DNA of 42,203 nucleotides from Clostridia bacterium (GTDB lineage: Bacteria > Bacillota > Clostridia > UMGS1883 > UMGS1540). Both the position numbers and the translations under genes were made by a program. The notes beneath the pieces were generated by a model, which was not told the origin of the DNA, searched no databases, and saw nothing but the letters and a program-made list of their open reading frames with translations. This document shows positions 38,018 to 42,203 of the stretch, one piece after another (the first letter of the stretch is position 1; every line of letters starts with the position of its first letter). The DNA lies in assembly GCA_045533905.1 (NCBI GenBank), contig JAZSIR010000005.1, forward strand, positions 1 to 42,203. The letters are read 5' to 3'.

Positions 38018-40468
38018 ATGGATCTTAATGAACGTTTCACACAAAAAGCCAAAAATGCCATTCGCCTTGCGCAAGAGGCCGCATCCTCGCTCGGACATAA
38101 CTATCTGGGCAGTGAGCATCTCTTAATTGGCCTTCTGAAAGAGGAAAGCGGTATGGCACGCAGCGCCCTTTCTGCTGCCGGTGTTACGGAAGAAGAGGTA
38201 GTTAAAATTCTTTCCGAAATGATTGAGACCAGCCCCGGAAAAGAAGTTCCTTTTATGGGATTTACGCCACGCACAAAAAAGATTTTAACGCTCAGCTATT
38301 CAGAATCTGCGCGTTTTGGCGCACAGTACATCGGCACAGAGCATATTCTGATGGCTATTTTGCGTGAAGGAAGCAATGTTGCGCTCAGTATTTTAAGTGA
38401 GCTTGGCGTTCGTCCCCGTGAGCTGTATGCGGAGCTTTCGCAATCTCATGAGGAAGATGCAGGCGCAAAAGAATCCTTCGAAAAGCCGAATGCTTCCCGC
38501 ACAGGAAAAACGGACAAAAAAACACCTACATTAAACCAGTTTGGACGCGATCTCACACAGCTTGCGCGCGAAGGTAAATTTGATCCCGTAATCGGACGGG
38601 ACAAAGAAATCGAGCGGGTTGTGCAGATTCTCTCCCGCCGCACCAAAAACAACCCTTGTCTCATCGGCGAGCCGGGTGTCGGCAAAACTGCCGTGGCAGA
38701 AGGCCTTGCGCAAAGAATCGTCGAAGGGAACATCCCGGAAATCCTGAAAAACAAGCGTGTTTTCACACTTGACCTCTCTTCCATGATTGCAGGCGCAAAA
38801 TACAGAGGTGAATTTGAAGAACGTCTCAAAAAGGCTATGGAAGAAATCCAAGGTGCAGGAAATGTGATATTGTTTATCGATGAAATGCACACCATTATAG
38901 GCGCCGGTGCCGCGGAAGGTGCGATAGATGCCTCAAACATCTTAAAACCCTCCCTCGCCCGCGGTGAACTTCAGGTGATCGGAGCAACCACTTTGAACGA
39001 ATACAGAAAGTATGTAGAAAAGGATGCTGCCCTCGAAAGAAGATTCCAGCCGGTAACTATCGGTGAACCTACGGCTGAAGAATCCATCCTGATTCTCTCC
39101 GGTATCCGGGATAAGTATGAAGCGCATCACGGCGTGAAAATTACAGATGAAGCGATCGAAGCTGCCGTAAAACTTTCAGCAAGATATATCACAGATCGTT
39201 TTCTTCCCGACAAAGCCATTGATCTTATGGATGAGGCAGCTTCCCGCGCAAAGCTTGTAACGCTGACAGCGCCGAAGGAGCTGAAAGACCTTGAAAACAA
39301 GCTTGCCTCCCTGAAAGCAGAAAAAGAAGAAGCAATTCAAAACCAGGAATTTGAAAAAGCAGCCTCTTTGCGCGATAAAGAAAAAGAGACCAACGAGACG
39401 CTCTCGTCGCAAAGAGAAACCTGGCAGAAAAATAATGCCATCAAAACTGACTCCGTAACGGAAGAAGAAATCGCTTCTATTGTTTCGGACTGGACGGGCA
39501 TTCCCGTCAAACGCCTTGCCGAAGAAGAAGGTGAACGTCTTAAGAATATGGAAGAAATTCTGCATCGCCGTGTTATTGGTCAAGACGAGGCTGTTCGTGC
39601 CGCCGCAAGAGCTATCCGCCGCGGCAGAGTTGGTCTTCGTGATCCCAAGCGCCCGATCGGCTCCTTTATTTTTCTGGGCCCCACAGGCGTTGGTAAAACG
39701 GAGCTTTCCAAAGCGATTGCAGAAGCCATTTTCGGCGATGAGGATGCCATTATTCGCGTTGATATGTCGGAATATATGGAAAAGCACACCGTTTCCCGTC
39801 TTGTTGGCTCTCCTCCGGGGTATGTGGGATATGATGAAGGTGGACAGCTTACGGAAAAAGTACGCAGAAAGCCATATTCCGTGGTGCTTTTTGATGAAAT
39901 TGAGAAGGCACATCCGGATGTATTTAACATCCTTCTGCAAATCTTAGAAGATGGTATTTTGACAGATGCACAGGGACGCCGTGTGGACTTCAGAAACACC
40001 ATTATCATCATGACATCGAACGTAGGCGCACGGCAAATCACAGAGCGCAAGCAGCTCGGTTTTGGTAGTACAGAAGAAAAGGCGAAAAACGAGTATGAAA
40101 ACATCCGCACAAACGTTATGGGAGAACTTCGCCGAGCGTTCCGGCCGGAGTTTTTAAACCGCATCGATGACATCATTGTTTTCCATCCGCTTGTGGAGGA
40201 AAATATTCAGAAAATTGCTTCCTTGATGTTGGAAACGCTGAAAAAGCGGCTCTTGCAAAATGAAATTCATGCCACCTTTACAGAAAGCACAATTTCCGCT
40301 CTCGCGAAGGAAGGTTTTGACCCCGTATACGGCGCAAGACCACTCCGACGCGCCATCCAGACACGCCTTGAGGATTTGTTCGCAGAGGAACTTCTCGATG
40401 GCAAAATTGCACCTGGTGACACCGTGGTCGTGGATTACCAAGACGGAAAGTTTATCATCACGAAATAA
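38018..40468 (+). CDS. clpC: ATP-dependent Clp protease ATPase ClpC
   Basis: ClpN repeats, GEPGVGKT and GPTGVGKT Walker A motifs, UVR M-domain, LGF loop. Confidence 0.97.
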   Translation: MDLNERFTQKAKNAIRLAQEAASSLGHNYLGSEHLLIGLLKEESGMARSALSAAGVTEEEVVKILSEMIETSPGKEVPFMGFTPRTKKILTLSYSESARFGAQYIGTEHILMAILREGSNVALSILSELGVRPRELYAELSQSHEEDAGAKESFEKPNASRTGKTDKKTPTLNQFGRDLTQLAREGKFDPVIGRDKEIERVVQILSRRTKNNPCLIGEPGVGKTAVAEGLAQRIVEGNIPEILKNKRVFTLDLSSMIAGAKYRGEFEERLKKAMEEIQGAGNVILFIDEMHTIIGAGAAEGAIDASNILKPSLARGELQVIGATTLNEYRKYVEKDAALERRFQPVTIGEPTAEESILILSGIRDKYEAHHGVKITDEAIEAAVKLSARYITDRFLPDKAIDLMDEAASRAKLVTLTAPKELKDLENKLASLKAEKEEAIQNQEFEKAASLRDKEKETNETLSSQRETWQKNNAIKTDSVTEEEIASIVSDWTGIPVKRLAEEEGERLKNMEEILHRRVIGQDEAVRAAARAIRRGRVGLRDPKRPIGSFIFLGPTGVGKTELSKAIAEAIFGDEDAIIRVDMSEYMEKHTVSRLVGSPPGYVGYDEGGQLTEKVRRKPYSVVLFDEIEKAHPDVFNILLQILEDGILTDAQGRRVDFRNTIIIMTSNVGARQITERKQLGFGSTEEKAKNEYENIRTNVMGELRRAFRPEFLNRIDDIIVFHPLVEENIQKIASLMLETLKKRLLQNEIHATFTESTISALAKEGFDPVYGARPLRRAIQTRLEDLFAEELLDGKIAPGDTVVVDYQDGKFIITK

Positions 40469-40508
40469 AGAGAAATCGGAATGCAGAGCGCATTCCGATT
40501 TCTCTTTA
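40466..40508 (+). terminator. Terminator after clpC
   Basis: 19-bp perfect stem TAAAGAGAAATCGGAATGC / GCATTCCGATTTCTCTTTA. Confidence 0.8.
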
Positions 40509-40533
40509 CATTCTATCACGAATATGATATACT
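40505..40533 (+). promoter_or_regulatory. SigA promoter of the secreted protein gene
   Basis: TTTACA-17 bp-TGATATACT. Confidence 0.65.
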
Positions 40534-40557
40534 GAAAAAAACTAAAGGAGAAAGCAC

Positions 40558-42036
40558 ATGAAAAAAATTGCGAGTTTACTTTTAACCATCGTCTTACTGA
40601 CACTGCTATCCTTTCCTTTAGGTGCCGCAGGCGCTCAATATGTCCCTGTACAGATTGCCCCGCATACCGTGGAGGTAGAAGGCATAAGCGTGTATAGTGG
40701 CGGCGTTATGTACCCTCTGCTCACGTATAAAAATATTACGTATCTTCCGCTCACGAAGGCAGTTTGTGACAGGCTTTGGCTTAGCATAGGCTTCGATGCG
40801 CAAGAAGGATTTTACATTGTTAGTACAGACCATGTTCCCTATATCGAAGATGACAAAAGTGTGTTTGGAGATGTAGCTACGAATGTATACGGCGCAGTGT
40901 ATAGCGCCGTCATCCCTGCATATCCCATATATCTAAACGGCGTTCGCGTGTGCCAAGAAGGTGCAGAGTATCCATTCCTTAATTTTAGAGGAATTACCTA
41001 TTTGCCGCTGACGTATGCCTATGCTGTCGAAAAATTAAATTTTACACTCTCTTGGGGTGTATCCGGGCTTAAAGTATATCGTGCAGATAGCACAGGACAG
41101 ATAGACAAAATGACCGATACTATATACTCTGTCGAATTAGGGAAAAATGTGTACGATGGCGTATTCTTAAGAAAGTACACAACTGGATATACCGAATATA
41201 CAGATAATTTCAACCAGTGCCATCGTTATCCATACACTTGGTATGACACGTATTTTATGCAAACCGAAACCGGAACTCTCTCACATATGGAACACTCTCT
41301 TGACTTTAAAAGTACTGTTTTCATAGACGATGACTATCCCAAAGCACGACCTTCCTGTGATGAAAAGCTATCTATTTTGGAAAACTGCGTGTACTATGAC
41401 TCCATTAAAATCATCACGCCCGCTTCCAGTGAAGAACACATTGGCAGCGTGTATGGATACGAATATGAAATGGGAGATAAATCTTTAATTTATGTGTGGA
41501 CAAATATAAATGGCATGCGAACAAAAAGATATCTTTTCTTAAAAACAGCGGATGGGATACAAAACTTTACGGATTTCCCACAGTTTGCCGGTCTATTAGA
41601 TATTTTTCCCGATAGTCTTGGTGGTGCATATGTGTGTACCGCCTCGTATAGTCCTGATGGTATGCAACGCTGGACCACTCCGTACGCCGCCGTATACTAT
41701 GTCGATAGCACAGGTTTTATGACAAACCTCACGTATACAATTCCGAATATTAACAGCATGCGCGCATTTGGTTTCTATGAGGATAAACTGTATATAAAAG
41801 CCATGGGGTACGAAAACGAAATGTCCATCCTCGCATCGTATTACCCCTTCAACACCGTAAATAGCGGCTTCTTTGTGTTAGATGCTCACCAAAACCATGC
41901 CGCAAAAAAGTTATACCCCTATGTGGAAGGCGAAACATTTGTCGCGCAAGATGGGAATGCATATTGCCTCACTACGCATGGCCAAAAGCCTGAAATCATA
42001 AACCTGCATACCGGAACTATTACGATTATCCCCTAA
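40558..42036 (+). CDS. Secreted hypothetical protein with a duplicated N-terminal module (copper-amine-oxidase-N-like)
   Basis: Signal peptide; YPLLTYKNITYLPLT and YPFLNFRGITYLPLT repeats; Tyr-rich C-terminal region. Confidence 0.75.
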   Translation: MKKIASLLLTIVLLTLLSFPLGAAGAQYVPVQIAPHTVEVEGISVYSGGVMYPLLTYKNITYLPLTKAVCDRLWLSIGFDAQEGFYIVSTDHVPYIEDDKSVFGDVATNVYGAVYSAVIPAYPIYLNGVRVCQEGAEYPFLNFRGITYLPLTYAYAVEKLNFTLSWGVSGLKVYRADSTGQIDKMTDTIYSVELGKNVYDGVFLRKYTTGYTEYTDNFNQCHRYPYTWYDTYFMQTETGTLSHMEHSLDFKSTVFIDDDYPKARPSCDEKLSILENCVYYDSIKIITPASSEEHIGSVYGYEYEMGDKSLIYVWTNINGMRTKRYLFLKTADGIQNFTDFPQFAGLLDIFPDSLGGAYVCTASYSPDGMQRWTTPYAAVYYVDSTGFMTNLTYTIPNINSMRAFGFYEDKLYIKAMGYENEMSILASYYPFNTVNSGFFVLDAHQNHAAKKLYPYVEGETFVAQDGNAYCLTTHGQKPEIINLHTGTITIIP

Positions 42037-42064
42037 AGGGGTACAAACAAAAAGCAGAGGATTC

Positions 42065-42203
42065 TGAACAAGTCCAGTAAAAACGGACAATAGAAAAAAA
42101 GCACCTCCTATGGTAGAATAAAAATACCATAGGAGGTTTTGTTATGTCAGGAATTAAAGGAATGAAAAAGTATCCACAAGGAATTAGAGAAAAGATTGTA
42201 TCT
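42065..42203 (+). mobile_element. IS3-family insertion sequence left end, truncated by the window edge
   Basis: TGAACAAGTCCAGTAAAAACGGACAA terminus, RBS-sequestering hairpin, and the start of an OrfA-like ORF. Confidence 0.7.
42144..42203 (+). CDS. Partial IS3-family transposase OrfA (N-terminus)
   Basis: AGGAGG RBS then MSGIKGMKKYPQGIREKIVS, open to the window end; KY..R.K.V start is typical of HTH OrfA. Confidence 0.6.
   Translation, partial: MSGIKGMKKYPQGIREKIVS

Noticed and set aside
1565-40468. Clustering of proteostasis genes (clpPX, ftsH, aminopeptidase, clpC) as one system
   Set aside because: They are separate, well-known operons with independent promoters, and no shared motif was seen.

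Overview
This is a mostly core-genome segment of a moderate-GC Firmicute; gene content and order point to Clostridia. In order it holds tig-clpP-clpX with an esterase and a membrane protein, a large SLH surface protein, an HD protein, galE and dprA. Next come yybS(DUF2232)-gdpP-rplI-dnaB-tilS-hpt-ftsH, an M18 aminopeptidase, an acyl-ACP thioesterase, ruvCAB and eno. These are followed by a lone Xer-type recombinase, a sugar isomerase/kinase pair, tRNA-Pro(UGG), three small hypothetical genes, a rearranged pot operon, birA, ctsR-mcsA-mcsB-clpC and a secreted protein. The strongest unexplained signal is a perfect inverted repeat (12-bp arms, 6-bp spacer) abutting the RBS of the lone recombinase, which resembles a single-recombinase XerS/difSL-type chromosome-dimer-resolution module. 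Other notable items are outward-facing IS3-family left ends at both window edges, an 81-aa histone-H1-like tail on trigger factor, and a sigmaK-like promoter ahead of the three small genes. All calls come from reading the sequence and recognising motifs; no searches were run.
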